This document shows positions 37,901-48,859 of a DNA stretch of 64,000 bases, piece by piece. The position numbers were made by a program, and so were the translations under genes. Positions within the stretch are counted from its first letter, which is position 1, and each line of letters begins with the position of its first letter. The notes below the pieces were generated by a model. The model saw only the letters and a program-made list of their open reading frames with translations, searched no databases and had not been told where the DNA came from. The DNA comes from Rhina ancylostomus (Eukaryota), in contig JARFYF010000112.1 of assembly GCA_030265395.1 (NCBI GenBank), forward strand, positions 74,914,798 to 74,978,797, read 5' to 3'.

Positions 37901-38513
37901 GGTGATTACATACAAATTATGTGATCTGTTGACTACACAAATCAGAAGTAGATTTTGTGTACACACCATTATATTATCAGAGTACTTTAGGAGCATGTAG
38001 CATTCTATGTAAATAACTTCTGACTATTTAGCGGGTGTATGTGTTTTTGTGTAGGCTCACAATTTTCATGTGCCTGAGAGTAATTGGCTTGTCTTTTGTT
38101 TACCTGTTTTTTTCATTTTGTGCATCTATATTTTGTCAGTTTAATAAGTGCTGTGTACAGACAGCAAGTGGAAGGTGCTGAAATGTTTCCCAAAGTTTGT
38201 TATTATCTTGTAAGTCTAATGTGATTACCCCTTTCCCTTTTTTTATCGGTACTTCTGGACCCTGCTGACTTTCATCGTTCCATTGGGGGATTCTCAACCT
38301 GCCTAATGTTAAATCTACGTTGGACTTGCAATGAACACTAATGTCCAATCCTACGTATTTTATCTAAATTAATAGCCTAATGATCGATTTGTTCCTGGAA
38401 ATATGGATGGTCAAGCAAATAACATGGGCGGACCGATGGTTGGCAGCCCTGCTGGGTTTCCCCGTGGAAATCAAGTTGGAGAGTTTGGTGCAAACAAACG
38501 CCGTAGATACTAA
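1635..38513 (+). CDS. NONO: NONO/p54nrb (DBHS family: RRM1-RRM2-NOPS-coiled coil-NLS); join(1635..1985,8711..9012,12164..12259,18009..18205,21073..21157,23268..23376,27238..27292,[31712..31750],32041..32168,38376..38513)
   Basis: All junctions are GT-AG and phase-compatible, giving an open 486-aa protein (499 aa with the cassette exon). NONO-diagnostic motifs: [62 protein letters not shown] and C-terminal NKRRRY*. Exon sizes 302/96/197/85 nt match the DBHS gene structure as recalled. Confidence 0.9.
2505..3170 (-). mobile_element. CR1-type LINE fragment
   Basis: The reverse strand carries a degenerate [11 protein letters not shown]-type motif near 2940-2975 and a CR1-style tail near 2508. 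Confidence 0.55.
3830..4467 (+). mobile_element. CR1 (HER1-like) LINE 3' fragment
   Basis: ttggtgagactgcacctggaatattgtgtgcagttctg encodes an [12 protein letters not shown] motif; tail tgggccgaagggcctg...tgactctctgactcc. Confidence 0.8.
4868..4968 (+). mobile_element. Penelope-like terminal repeat fragment with degenerate hammerhead motif
   Basis: tTGATGAa-cGGTC-tc-GACCt-GAAAC followed by the conserved gcctgac.tgctgagtt.ctccagcattttg block; sister copies at 3690-3805, 16392-16520 (-) and 19050-19197. Confidence 0.55.
5274..5727 (+). mobile_element. LTR (solo-LTR-like, probably Gypsy class) with 4-bp TSD
   Basis: Termini TGTTACG...CGTAACA (7-bp perfect inverted repeat), flanked by ATAC at 5270-5273 and 5728-5731; AATAAA near the 3' end; internal 100-N gap at 5531-5630. 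Confidence 0.8.
6060..6590 (+). mobile_element. Degenerate CR1/L2-group LINE fragments
   Basis: Shares the tail aaatgctggccttgtcagc...cccacatcccatgaa and internal motifs with the copies at 1-490 and 24330-26730. Confidence 0.55.
8711..9012 (+). CDS. NONO: NONO coding exon 2 (end of RRM1, RRM2)
   Basis: GACAG|[14 protein letters not shown]...[17 protein letters not shown]...GAFLLT(A)|GTAAGT; 302 nt. Confidence 0.96.
12164..12259 (+). CDS. NONO: NONO coding exon 3 (start of NOPS)
   Basis: Long polypyrimidine tract, TAG|[31 protein letters not shown](K)|GTAAGC; 96 nt. Confidence 0.96.
12560..12775 (+). mobile_element. CR1 LINE 3' tail
   Basis: Closely similar to 4280-4450 (acatttaaaaga...catggatgagttgggccgaagggcctg). 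Confidence 0.75.
13200..13560 (+). mobile_element. tRNA-derived V-SINE (HE1-like)
   Basis: B-box-like ggttcaatcc followed by the V-core ctgtgtggagtt...tgcatgggttt...gtgctcc.gtttcct.cccatcccaaaga. Confidence 0.7.
14168..14805 (+). mobile_element. Rex1/Babar-type LINE 3' fragment
   Basis: Translates to FLRRLRRF...[10 protein letters not shown]...QRVVDSAQ...[30 protein letters not shown], typical of the C-terminal region after the RT; tail ...gacaataaactcgactttga. Confidence 0.75.
15329..15435 (-). pseudogene. Intact collagen Gly-X-Y exon of the nested antisense gene
   Basis: Acceptor TTTTCCCCTCAACAG; (G)[35 protein letters not shown] is 12 uninterrupted triplets; donor CCT|GTATGT. Confidence 0.85.
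17050..17800 (-). mobile_element. Rex1/Babar-type LINE fragment (gapped)
   Basis: The reverse strand reads ...[31 protein letters not shown], the same motif as 14440-14550. Confidence 0.7.
18009..18205 (+). CDS. NONO: NONO coding exon 4 (NOPS and coiled coil)
   Basis: TTTTTAAG|[39 protein letters not shown]...[10 protein letters not shown]|GTATGT; 197 nt. Confidence 0.96.
18281..18640 (-). mobile_element. CR1 LINE 3' tail
   Basis: atagaacatagaacagtacagcacagg..ggcccctttggcccac is the reverse complement of the CR1 tail. Confidence 0.7.
19050..19197 (+). mobile_element. Penelope-like terminal repeat with degenerate hammerhead motif
   Basis: tTGATGAa-GGGT-ctta-GCCC-aaaatgtcgac followed by gatgctgcctgacttgctgagttcctccag...ccagcatctgcag. 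Confidence 0.6.
21073..21157 (+). CDS. NONO: NONO coding exon 5 (coiled coil)
   Basis: CAACAG|(D)[27 protein letters not shown](R)|GTAAAG; 85 nt. Confidence 0.96.
21845..22160 (-). mobile_element. V-SINE (HE1-like)
   Basis: tttggatgtgggaggaaaccagag...gaaacccatg...attgaac...ctggagctgtgaggca is the reverse complement of the V-core and tRNA head. Confidence 0.7.
23268..23376 (+). CDS. NONO: NONO coding exon 6
   Basis: CTTTAG|[36 protein letters not shown]|GTAAGA; 109 nt. Confidence 0.94.
24330..26730 (+). mobile_element. Long degenerate CR1/L2-group LINE
   Basis: Collinear decayed endonuclease/RT-like blocks (tggaaaattgcccaggtgt; gataagtggcaagtaacattc-like; ccatatacaaggcacaaatca) and the family 3' tail ending ctgaataaaaa. 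Confidence 0.7.
27238..27292 (+). CDS. NONO: NONO coding exon 7
   Basis: TTTTTTTAAAG|[18 protein letters not shown]|GTGAGA; 55 nt; resembles the DBHS REQE(I/M)RM motif. Confidence 0.85.
27660..27890 (-). mobile_element. V-SINE fragment
   Basis: caggattgaacc...ctggcactatgaggcagcagctctactagct; shared with 21845-22160 and 48860-49180. Confidence 0.6.
28530..30610. mobile_element. Cluster of CR1/L2-group LINE fragments in alternating orientation (+ 28530-29060, - 29085-30050, + 30150-30610)
   Basis: + strand tggaaaattgcccaggtatgtc; - strand tail tttattgcccatccctaactg; + strand tail gcagttcaagaagg...caccag...gaccacatccc. Confidence 0.65.
31712..31750 (+). CDS. NONO: Candidate 39-nt in-frame cassette exon of NONO ([13 protein letters not shown])
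   Basis: Strong acceptor TTTTCTTTATCTTTATTTTAG and donor CAG|GTATGG; phase 1-1; open in the NONO frame. Confidence 0.7.
32041..32168 (+). CDS. NONO: NONO coding exon 8 (low-complexity P/G/N/M region)
   Basis: TTATCAG|(A)[42 protein letters not shown]|GTAATG; 128 nt; ends like the MPDGTLGL of NONO. Confidence 0.88.
38376..38513 (+). CDS. NONO: NONO last coding exon with NLS
   Basis: AATAG|[45 protein letters not shown], with TAA at 38511-38513. Confidence 0.92.
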   Translation, partial: PNDRFVPGNMDGQANNMGGPMVGSPAGFPRGNQVGEFGANKRRRY

Positions 38514-39256
38514 ATACAGACCTGAAAAAAAAATACAGTAGCCTTTAGCCATTCCACTTAATTGCCTCAAGTATTTTTGCAGATTGTATCAGTTGTAATG
38601 AGCTTTAGTACATAAGGTCTTTTTGGTATTTTACTGTTTCAAATATTCTTTTAACTTCCTGTTGGATGTATTTAGTGAATGTGCATGATATGTTTCAGTA
38701 ATCTAAAATGTACATAATGTAATGCACAAGTTGCAGAGAATTTGGACAAAAAGTCTCACTGAGATGTTACTATTTTGATATTTGTTTAGCTACTCTAGCA
38801 CCACCTTCAATGAAACAGTCTTCTGGAACAATTTTGACTTTTGTGATTTTTGTTTTTTTTTTAAGTGATTTCAGACAGTAAAATTGGAATCTCAAATGGC
38901 TTATGTGTTTTTATTTTGTATTGCTGAAGGCTTTATGTTGATGTGTTTAGTATTTTAAATATAGTAGATGGGGGTTGGGGTGAGAAATGTAGGCAATAGG
39001 TGGGTTTGCATTTGAGTTTGTTGGAATGTGGAATGGGCTTAAGCTTTTTGACATGAAATAGACAGAATTGAGGTTCATTGACCATACTCTGCTGTGTTGA
39101 CTTTTCAAGGATATGGTGTCTTCTGTTTCTGGTAGTTCTAAAGCTCAATATTTCTAACTACTGACCATATCTAACAGGAATGACTTGTATTTGTGGGACG
39201 GGACATTAGAATTAAAATTCACCTGATCCCTGGAAAATATGCCTGGCTTGCAGGAA

Positions 39257-39400
39257 AATAAATCAAATATAAACCCACCTTTTTGAACTTGATACCCTCT
39301 AGTTTGTTCACGGTTGCTTGGTATACGTTGCAATACACGCTTTAAGATGCAAATAAAGTTCTCGGCAATCTTTCCTGTATTGTAATGTATTCATTTACAG
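39257..39400 (+). terminator. NONO polyadenylation signals
   Basis: AATAAA at 39257-39262 and 39352-39357; the second is followed by a U/GU-rich stretch (ctgtattgtaatgtattc). Confidence 0.6.
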
Positions 39401-40301
39401 CCCTAATTTTTTTTGTTAATACTTAATGTAATACTGTTGCTCATTTCTGAGCAGCATTTTTATTCAGTCTTTTGAGAAGTTTGTTATCTTTGTTCATCTG
39501 AAAATGAATAATTAAAATCAAAGACTTGGTAGGAATATATTAAGTTTATTTTGTTTCTAGGTGAAACCAGACATTTTGTCTTGGAAGTTATCGCATAAAG
39601 GAAGAAAACTAGTTTTATTCAGAAAATGCCTGTGATTTTTGTAGATGGTCAGAATTTTTTTTTCTGTATCCCAAGCTTAAATACCACTGATCAGAGGCAG
39701 CCAGCAGGTTGGTCTATCCAAAACTAAATTGTTAATTTGCATTATAGTTCTCTGGTTAAAGATGTGAATTTTAATAGCAAATATTTTATATAGTTAACAA
39801 AAATATACTTGTCATCTTATTCCTGTTGCTCATCGCCCATTTGATGACATCTTATAAACCTATTGCATCTTACTTGTAGCACAGTTCTTTGTGAGAGCTT
39901 AAATGGAACCTACTTCAGTTTAGTGGATATAGTTTGATGCATGTGGGCTACCAAAGCCATATATAGTAGGGAAAATAATGGTGGGATCAGAGACGAGAAT
40001 TTTTAATGTAAATTTTTAAACTGCCAAATGGGATTTTATTTAAAATATAAAAAAAATCATTGCAGAAAGATTGAAAACTGGTCGTGTAATAATAGACTCA
40101 GTGCAAGAACATCTGTGCTTCCAGAAATGGATTAACTCCATATAGGGTCTGAATGTCTTAACTCTAGTCTTTGCCATGCTTTCCTACAGTTGAAAGTTGC
40201 TTTCCTTTTCACAACTTATGTAATGGAAATGATGGGAGCAGAAAGCAGTTCTTTGTTAGCTTTCATTTCCATTTTTCAACTATTACTGATGCAGCTCTCT
40301 T

Positions 40302-40346
<45 letters not shown>

Positions 40347-43300
40347 NNNNNNNNNNTTAAGGTGATCTATCTACAGTCCTGTCAGCAAGTCTTTCCCAAG
40401 GAGTTTGTATTGTGGATTGTTCCCATAAGCAATTTAAAAAGTTTGCTTGCAGCAGTCCTTTCATTACATATTATTTCAAAGACACTTGTTTCTGTACTTT
40501 TTTTATTCATTACTTAAAGGTTTGGAGAATTCGTAGATAACTGTTCTCCACGTCTTTTTCCCCAGTGCTTCCGTGCTTTTCCCAGTGCTTCCACTGCAGT
40601 TCTAAATTGGCTTAATGAATTATTCCAAGTTCATAAGGCATGTTGAATGTCAAATCAAACTAGCATATATAAAACATTTTTCACAGCCTTGAAGTCGCAT
40701 GTTTTGGAACTAGTAAAATACTTTTAAAGTGTTGTCACCATCCCATCTTGTTACATATTTTAAAGTGCACTGACCAGCTGCTTTTTATGGCTTGAATAAT
40801 TGATCATTTTTATTCGTTCCAATAGTGAAGGCTTTTTCATGTTCTATATGTGTGATTTTATATGCATCTATCTAGTCATGTTACAATAATCTACCATATT
40901 CTTGTCCACTTACACAATTGATGGAAATCATTCAGAAGATCCTGTATTATTCTTTTAAACACTGGCTACCCATTCAAGCTTGTGCCATCAGCATATGTAA
41001 TGGTATTGAAGATGTCTTGTTCCATAATTTCAAATATGAAAAGTAATCTACAGATGCTTGTTGTCCCAGATGGATCAATATTGGTCTGCATGTGCTGATA
41101 CTCTGTGAAACCAAATCATTAATAAAACTGTACTATGAGATTATGCACATTCTCTACAAACCTAATGAGAAACTTTATTGATTTTTGGGAATCCAGCTAA
41201 ACTGGTGGCTATCCATGCTCACGAGCTTTATTCTCGGATTCCAGTAACTTTTCTAGACTTGAGCTGTGTTATTTCTTAAAAATCATTGTGATGTTTGAAT
41301 TCATTCATGGTATCCTGTGAACACCAAGCTTTTTCCTCCAATATTCGTTGACTCAGTTATCTGCTACATGCAGACTTTTAAAAAACTGGACAAAGGAACT
41401 AGATTTATCTATTGCTGCTTCATCAAGAATGTTACTGATTTTTTTTTCATTCCTTGACAATTTTGTGAAATAATCCAGTTTATTGGATGTGTTTATCTTT
41501 CACTAATGAATTTGTTACGGATTGCAGCATATTTACTGTTACGGGAGTTGGCAGTCGTGTGTGCCAGCTGATGTGAAGAAACGATTATGTACCTCCAGCA
41601 ACTTGTCTTTTTTTTGACTAACCCAAACTTTCCTGGGTTAAAGGTAATGTACATGTTAAAGTGGGGGATGCATCTGTGACTATTGCTTTGATCAGTTTTT
41701 TTAATCTATTGACAAAAGTAGTATTGCTTTATAATTCCAAGTCAAGTGAAACATAATATTTCGGGGGCAAGTTGTGAAATATTGTCCACAGTGCAATTGC
41801 TCTGCAAAGAGGAAGCATCAATTGGTCTGTAAACAAAAATGCCAAGTTCAATGAGAAATAAGATCTGGACAAATAATGGCAACAGTGGAACTTGAGATGT
41901 AGGAAGTGTTGAAATGTGATGGATCATGTACAGAGCAACTATCTTCATGATGAAGGTTTTATCAGAATAATTGGAGATTAAAGCTGAAATTTAAAGGCTG
42001 AGTTGTAAAATGGGTTAAAAGTGGAAAAGAGCGAAGTGTAAAGGGAAATTAAACTACTAAATGAGAACCAAAGCTACACAAGTATTAGGGAGTTTTTCAT
42101 AGTTTTAAAAAGGCAGTTGGAAATAATCGAGTTGTCTGTGTATAGCATAATGGAGATATTACATTTTGCACCAGGTTTGGAAATGACAGTGAAGGTGAGA
42201 ATACTGGATAAACAGAAAGAATACCTGAAAGAGGTTGTTTTAGAAATGCCTTTTAATTTGGTGGGAGATGCTTTTTTAAAAACAAAAGCAAAGGCAGGGT
42301 GGAACATCTTGGGCAAGCAGAAGAATTAAAGACCATACTAGATGTGACTAAAATTTTCTTTTGCCGGTTTCAAAGGTGGATTTGAGTTTGATATCTGGTA
42401 AAGAATGTGCAAGGTGGCTTCATCTTTAACTTCTAAATAGGCTAGCCGCCAAGGGTAACATGTTGGCAGTAATGCTGTTGGCCACCATCTTTGGGATGCT
42501 GCCTTGTTGCTTTTGCTAAATGAACAATCTTGAAATCTACTCCAGAGTGTATTTTGTTGATTTTGAATTGCTGTAGAATAGTTGGCACAATCTGAATGAA
42601 CTCTGCAATGAACTTTCAGTTCTATGCAATAGTATGACATTATACCCTTAAATATGTTGGTTTCTTAAATGCTTGTTTTCACTTGTCTCTTAGATTGTGT
42701 TTATTAATTCGATAATCTTGAGTCTGTGCCAGTGCTTCATTTTTTTGCTGTAGTTTTGACAAAGATAAAAGTTTTTAACAATAATAAATCGCAAAATCTC
42801 AGCTGATCACCAATCTAGGGTAAATGAACAAATGGAAAATGACGGTTAAGACTGATTTAAAATGAAAGCGATTCATTGAGGTGACCAGAGCTACTGTTTT
42901 TTCAGATGGGCTGCCAGCTATTGGAATTGATAAATGCATTCCACTGGAGCTAAATATGTTGTAATTGTTTTTCAGATACTACTTCCACACCACCTCCAAT
43001 CCTTTAACTGCTCATCTAGTGGTCTATAGCAAGTACAAAATTTTCTGAGTATTTACATTTTTTGTTTTAGCTCAGTTTTCTGTTTACTGTAACCTCTTTA
43101 AACATCTGAATTACTTATCAATAAAAATAACAACCATGTCTTTTTGGATCATTATGTAACGTTTTATACCTATTTAGTGTGTGCTCTCTGCAGTTAACCA
43201 CTTTGAGATGCCAGTATTTCATTTCTCAAGCTATTAAAGTTTTAAGAGTTTACTTTTTGTGATTTTTGTGCCACCAAAGGAAATTTGTTACCCCTAATCA

Positions 43301-44760
43301 CTGTTCTAGGCCAACCAATAAAAAGATCAGAGATGGGGTTTGGGGAGAGAGTGTGGGTGGGCTGGGAAGGTATGGGGGTGGTGGGTGTAATGGAGGACAT
43401 TCCAAGGGGAAATCACAAAAAGCTAGAATTAGGGAAATACAGTTAGTGCCGATGTAGTGCTGAAAGAGTTTACAGAGAGGAGGGATGAAATTGTATCAAA
43501 ATTGGAAGTTCTGATTACATGCCAGGAAGGCCAAGAGTGCTGTGTAATGGGCAGCAGAATATTGGGCAAGCTACACTTTAAGCAAGTGAACTTGATGGAT
43601 GTGGGGATGAGAGATTTTTGTCTGAAGGAGCTTAAGCAGGCGATTTAAAAAGGAGTTGGAAATTGGAAGTTTAAATCCTAACTTTTTTTGCATATCTCTA
43701 TTCTATCTGCACTAGCCTTGTGCATAATTCCTGCATGTCTTGAATTACAGACTTTAATTCAGAGTCTTTCTGAAAGATCTTGTATACATACAAGCTATCT
43801 CCTCTGTTCTTACCTTTTCGGACTTTTTTTGTTCAGCATATTGTTTCTTCATTGGGAGTCTACTTTCATGGAACTAGGCCTGGTGTCACATAATCATTGT
43901 ATAGTAAAACTTTGATAATCTGTTCTCCATTTGTTTGGAAATCCTGAACCTGGCATCCTGCACTTTTTCTAATACACTAAGACCCCAATTCTCTCACGTC
44001 CTTCCAACTTGCTGGATTCACTAGAAAATTGATCATATTACTATACAGTGAATTAAGTGTATGGTTGTTAGTCCAATTAATACTCGTATTAGTGTGGAAA
44101 ACCTGTCAGTCCAGCACCACCCAAGCACTGAGCATGCAAGATTAAGTGTTAATTTGGTATAATTTCTTGCAGGTTCCACCATACTGTGGTGTTCCTTGAA
44201 ATCATGGTTATGATAAGAGACGTACTACCAATTTACTAGACAAAGCAGGTCAATAGATATTACCTTTTCTGGTTTCCCACTTGGATGACTTTGTGTNNNN
44301 NNNNNNNNNNNNNNNNNNNNNNNNNNNNNNNNNNNNNNNNNNNNNNNNNNNNNNNNNNNNNNNNNNNNNNNNNNNNNNNNNNNNNNNNNNNNNNNNNNNN
44401 NNNNNNNNNNNNNNNNNNNNNNNNNNNNNNNNNNNNNNNNNNNNNNNNNNNNNNNNNNNNNNNNNNNNNNNNNNNNNNNNNNNNNNNNNNNNNNNNNNNN
44501 NNNNNNNNNNNNNNNNNNNNNNNNNNNNNNNNNNNNNNNNNNNNNNNNNNNNNNNNNNNNNNNNNNNNNNNNNNNNNNNNNNNNNNNNNNNNNNNNNNNN
44601 NNNNNNNNNNNNNNNNNNNNNNNNNNNNNNNNNNNNNNNNNNNNNNNNNNNNNNNNNNNNNNNNNNNNNNNNNNNNNNNNNNNNNNNNNNNNNNNNNNNN
44701 NNNNNNNNNNNNNNNNNNNNNNNNNNNNNNNNNNNNNNNNNNNNNNNNNNNNNNNNNNNN

Positions 44761-46490
44761 AAACTTGAAAGAAATTTAGAGGGCAAAATGGGGCCATGAA
44801 TTGACTTCAGCAAGTAGTATTAACGGGATTCCTAAAATCTTAAGTATATTAGAAGTAAGAGGGTAGCTAAGCAAGCAATAACTCCTGTTGGGGATCAGAG
44901 GGGTAATGTATGCATGGAGCCACGGAATCTGAGCAAGATCCTAAATGAATACTTATTGGGTGGAGGCTGAAGAGTTACAGGAGGGGTATGTTGATGGGTC
45001 TGGAGCGTGTCTATTAGGAATATGAAAATGCTAGAATCATTGGAGCAAATTAGGGTGGATAAATCTCCAGGGCTTCATGGATTTATCCCAGAATGCTGCG
45101 GGAAGCAGTGGAGGAGATTGCTGGGGTAATGGAGATCTGTGCATCTTTGATAGCTGTGGGTGAGTACCAGAAGACTTGATAGCTAATGTTGTCCCCTTGT
45201 TCAAAAAGGGATAAGTCTTGAAAATACAGGTTTGTGAGCTTTGCATCAGTGTTAGGGAAGTTGTTGGAGAAGATTCTTAGAGGCAGTGAATGATTAGGAG
45301 TTAGCATGGTTTTGTGCAGGGGAGATCATGTCTCAAATCAGAGCTTCTTGAGAAGGTAATAAAGAAAATCAATGAAGACACTGCTAGATCTGGTTTACAT
45401 GGACTAATAAGGCTTTTGACAAGGTCTTGCATGGTAGGCTGGTCCAGAAAGTTAGGCACAAAGAATCAGAGGTGTGTTGGCAAACTGAATCCGAAATTGG
45501 TTTGGTGATAGGAGACAGGGTAGCGAAGGGTTGTTTTTCTGACTGGAAATCTGTAACAAGTGATATATCACAGGGATCAGTGCTAAAACTTCTGTGATGC
45601 ATGCACATGACTCGGGTATAAATGTAGGTGGCCTGATTAGTAAGTTTGCAGGTAACACAAATTAGTAGAGTTGTAGATAAGGCGGATCAGCTGTAAGATT
45701 GGGTGGAGCAATGGCAGATGGAATTTAACCCAAACAAGTGTGAAATAATACACTTTTGGAATTTTGGTAGGACATGTAATGTAAATGGCAGGAACCTGGG
45801 GAGCATTGATGTATAAAGACTCAGGGTGCATGTCCGCTCCCTGGAAGTGGTGACCAAGGTGATGAGATAGGAAAAAGGGCATTTGGTATCCTTGCTTTCA
45901 TAGGCCAAGGCATTGAATGTAAGAGTTGGGATATGTTGCAGTTGCACAACGATGCTGGTTGGACTGCACTTGGAGTAATGTGGACAGTAACTACAGGGAG
46001 GATGTGGTAGGCATAGAGAGGGTGAATTTCTTTTGCACAAACATGTTGCCAGAAATGGAAGGCTGCAGTTCTAAAGAGAGATTGGATAGGCTGGGTTTAT
46101 CCTCACTGGAACGTAGGAGGATACAGGGTAGATTTATAGAGGTTTTTAAAATGATTGAAGAGCATAGTACTATGGTCAGAATCTTTTTTTCCCCTAAGGA
46201 AGGAAAGTCTAGAACTGTAGGGTACAGGTTTAAGGTGAGGGGACACATTTAAAGGAGAACTGAGGAGAAGGTCTTCCATACAGATTAGTGAATATTTGGA
46301 CTGAGCTTCCAGAGGAGGTAGTGGAGGCAGATGCAATTATGTTGAAAGGTATTTGGTTAATGCTTTCATAGGAAAGATATAGAGGGATAGGGGCCTAATA
46401 TAGTTAAATGGGATTAGCATAAATTGGCATCATGGTATGGTGGAGGTGATCCAAGAGGGCCCATTTCTGTGATGTACTTTTCTATGATTC
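44761..46490 (+). mobile_element. CR1 LINE, decayed RT-region fragment
   Basis: Motifs resembling DKSPG, ANVVPLFKKG, QHGFVQGRSCL, KAFDKV, QGSVL, QWQMEFN..KCE and LEYC, followed by the CR1 tail. Confidence 0.85.
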
Positions 46491-47859
46491 TTTGAAAATT
46501 TGGTTCAACTTTTTNNNNNNNNNNNNNNNNNNNNNNNNNNNNNNNNNNNNNNNNNNNNNNNNNNNNNNNNNNNNNNNNNNNNNNNNNNNNNNNNNNNNNN
46601 NNNNNNNNNNNNNNCCACTGGCTAATGAATTTTGTGGTGGAGCAGTTTCTTCACTTTTCTGATTTCCTGTTTTAGATTCCAGAGTGATGTTCACTCCAGT
46701 GGTCGTGATGCTTTTGACTTTGGAAGATTCATAATTGGTATAACCTGAATTCTGCTTCTGTGAAAGGTGTTGTAATTTTAAAATATTTACATTTAGGATA
46801 TGTTTTTGCCTGAAGAATTCAGTTTGACTGAAGAAAACTAAGGTAGATTCAGGGAAATTAATGGTGGTTCAGTGAAAATTCAGCAAAAGAAACTTGTGGA
46901 TATTTCATTGTAGCTTTCATTCAAAATACAGTACATATATTCTGGTGGATAATATTTTTTTGGAGCAAAGATGTGGGAAAACATTTGGGTAAAAAAACTG
47001 GATTTTTTGTTTGGCTAAGTATGATTTTTCTTATAATTTTCAATTTTGTGTCCCCAGTTTACCATGCATGCAAAACTAAATTTGGAAGATCTGACTGAAT
47101 TACTTGCCTATTTCCATATGTTGGATAAATTGAAACCACTACAGATGGTGGAAAACTATCCCCATCTTTAAAACCCTAGGAAAGTTGTGGCTGAAAGGAA
47201 TTTGAGCTCAAATGCTTATCCTTTTTAAACAATGCAAAATTGTAATTAAATTAAGCATTTGAATTAGCATTCAAATTGTCCTGGTGTTTATTTTGTCATC
47301 GATTTAATCAAACATCTCCAAGCTTTAGAAGAAAATATGTACAGCTGTTCCACTCATTTGTATGTAGACCACTGCCTGCTTAACTGTGGGTTTTCCTGGA
47401 CTATTTTCATGTGGGATTATTATTATTTAAAATGAACAATTTCCAAAAGCAAATATTTTTAGTATGTTAGTTTCACCACTTCATTATTTGGCAGATATGA
47501 CTGGTGGGCACATTTTCAGAAAATACAACTACCAGAAAGGAATGGAGTTCTGGTGCTTACTCTTTAAAGTATATAAGTTACAAAGAGGCATTGCCAAACC
47601 ATTTGTGAATTTCTAATATTGAGGCATCTGTGTCTTTGCACTAAATGAAAAGACATTTATTCCGAGATGTAAACCCTTCTGAAATCTTGATGGACGTTTG
47701 TAAATAGTGTATTCAAAGATAGCTAGCCCACGCAGCATGTAAGATAGACAGCTATGTGCTTGCTTGTCATATGAAACGTCATAGTTTTATTGGTTTCTCT
47801 TTAATTTGTATTTCATTTAGTCTTGTCATTATAGTTGCGCTTTTTCTCTTTTGTCAGCT

Positions 47860-48310
47860 CCTGGGAATCAACTGTAGCTGAGTAGTGTTGCCTCTGTTCA
47901 AGGACTGTTTGTTCAATACCCACTCTGAACATTTGAGCATAAACCTAGACAAATACTCCAGTGCAGCACTATCATTATACTGCATTGTCAAAGCTTAAGG
48001 TTGTACTGCACTGCTAAAAGAGCCATCTTTTGGATGAGATATTAATTGGGCAGTTACTGTATTTAGGTGGCTATCAGAAGGTAAATGGCAACTTTTTTTG
48101 CAGGAGAGTTTTTCCCTATCAGGATGTTTATCCTGATCAAAGTCACCAAACCAGTTTATATTATTGTTATCACATTAATGTTAATGAGATGTTCCTTTGT
48201 TCAAATTAGCTATCGCATTTCTTAAGGAACATTGAGTACACATCAGAAGTACTTAATTGACTATCAAATGCTCTGGGATCTTCTGAAAACATGAAAGATG
48301 CTACTGGCTT
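47860..48310 (+). mobile_element. DeuSINE-like (SacSINE1/AmnSINE1-type) element
   Basis: tRNA-like head (gttcaatacccactc), ctccagtgcagcact and ccatcttttggatgagatattaa core, and a tail; weaker copies at 56040-56340, 56960-57210 and (-) 14812-15085. Family assignment is from memory. Confidence 0.5.
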
Positions 48311-48859
48311 TTCCTGAGTTATGAATGGACGCCGTTTTTACAGATGCTTCTAAGTTGATTTTGTCCATTTGTCGGACGGCATAATCACTGGATATGGTAA
48401 CCATACCTCAACAGTATTATAACGCATGATGTTGATGAAATCCAATTATCATGAACGTTTATAGTCTTCCCCTGCCTTGTTACACTGGTATAGAATCGGG
48501 ATGTCACATGCTGGTCTTGATGGGCTTCAGTGGATGTTAGAGTATCGTTGCACAAGTATCAATGGAAGCGATTGCTTGTCAATTTCCAAAGCAACTCTTT
48601 AAGTGTCGTCCCATGGTAAAATTGGCAACCTGTGTTCTCAAGACGATGGTTTCCGATTACTGCCTGGATGTTACATGTGAACAGGTTTTTTCAACATTTC
48701 ACATTTGAATTTATTAATTATGGGAGCTCGCTCATAAGTATGGATATCAATAAGTTGGGTATTCATAATTTGGGGAGGGCTGCTTATATAAATAAGTCCC
48801 CTGTATACTTGAGTTTCTTCCTAAATTATTTGGTATTTCTGTTTTCACGCTTTCTTTTT

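Noticed and set aside
40304-40356. Long poly-G run (possible G-quadruplex)
   Set aside because: It abuts an N gap, so the homopolymer length is unreliable and may be a sequencing artefact.
41948-42001. ATGATGA...CTGA, like a C/D-box snoRNA
   Set aside because: Only about 55 nt, no recognisable rRNA-complementary guide, and not within a confirmed intron.
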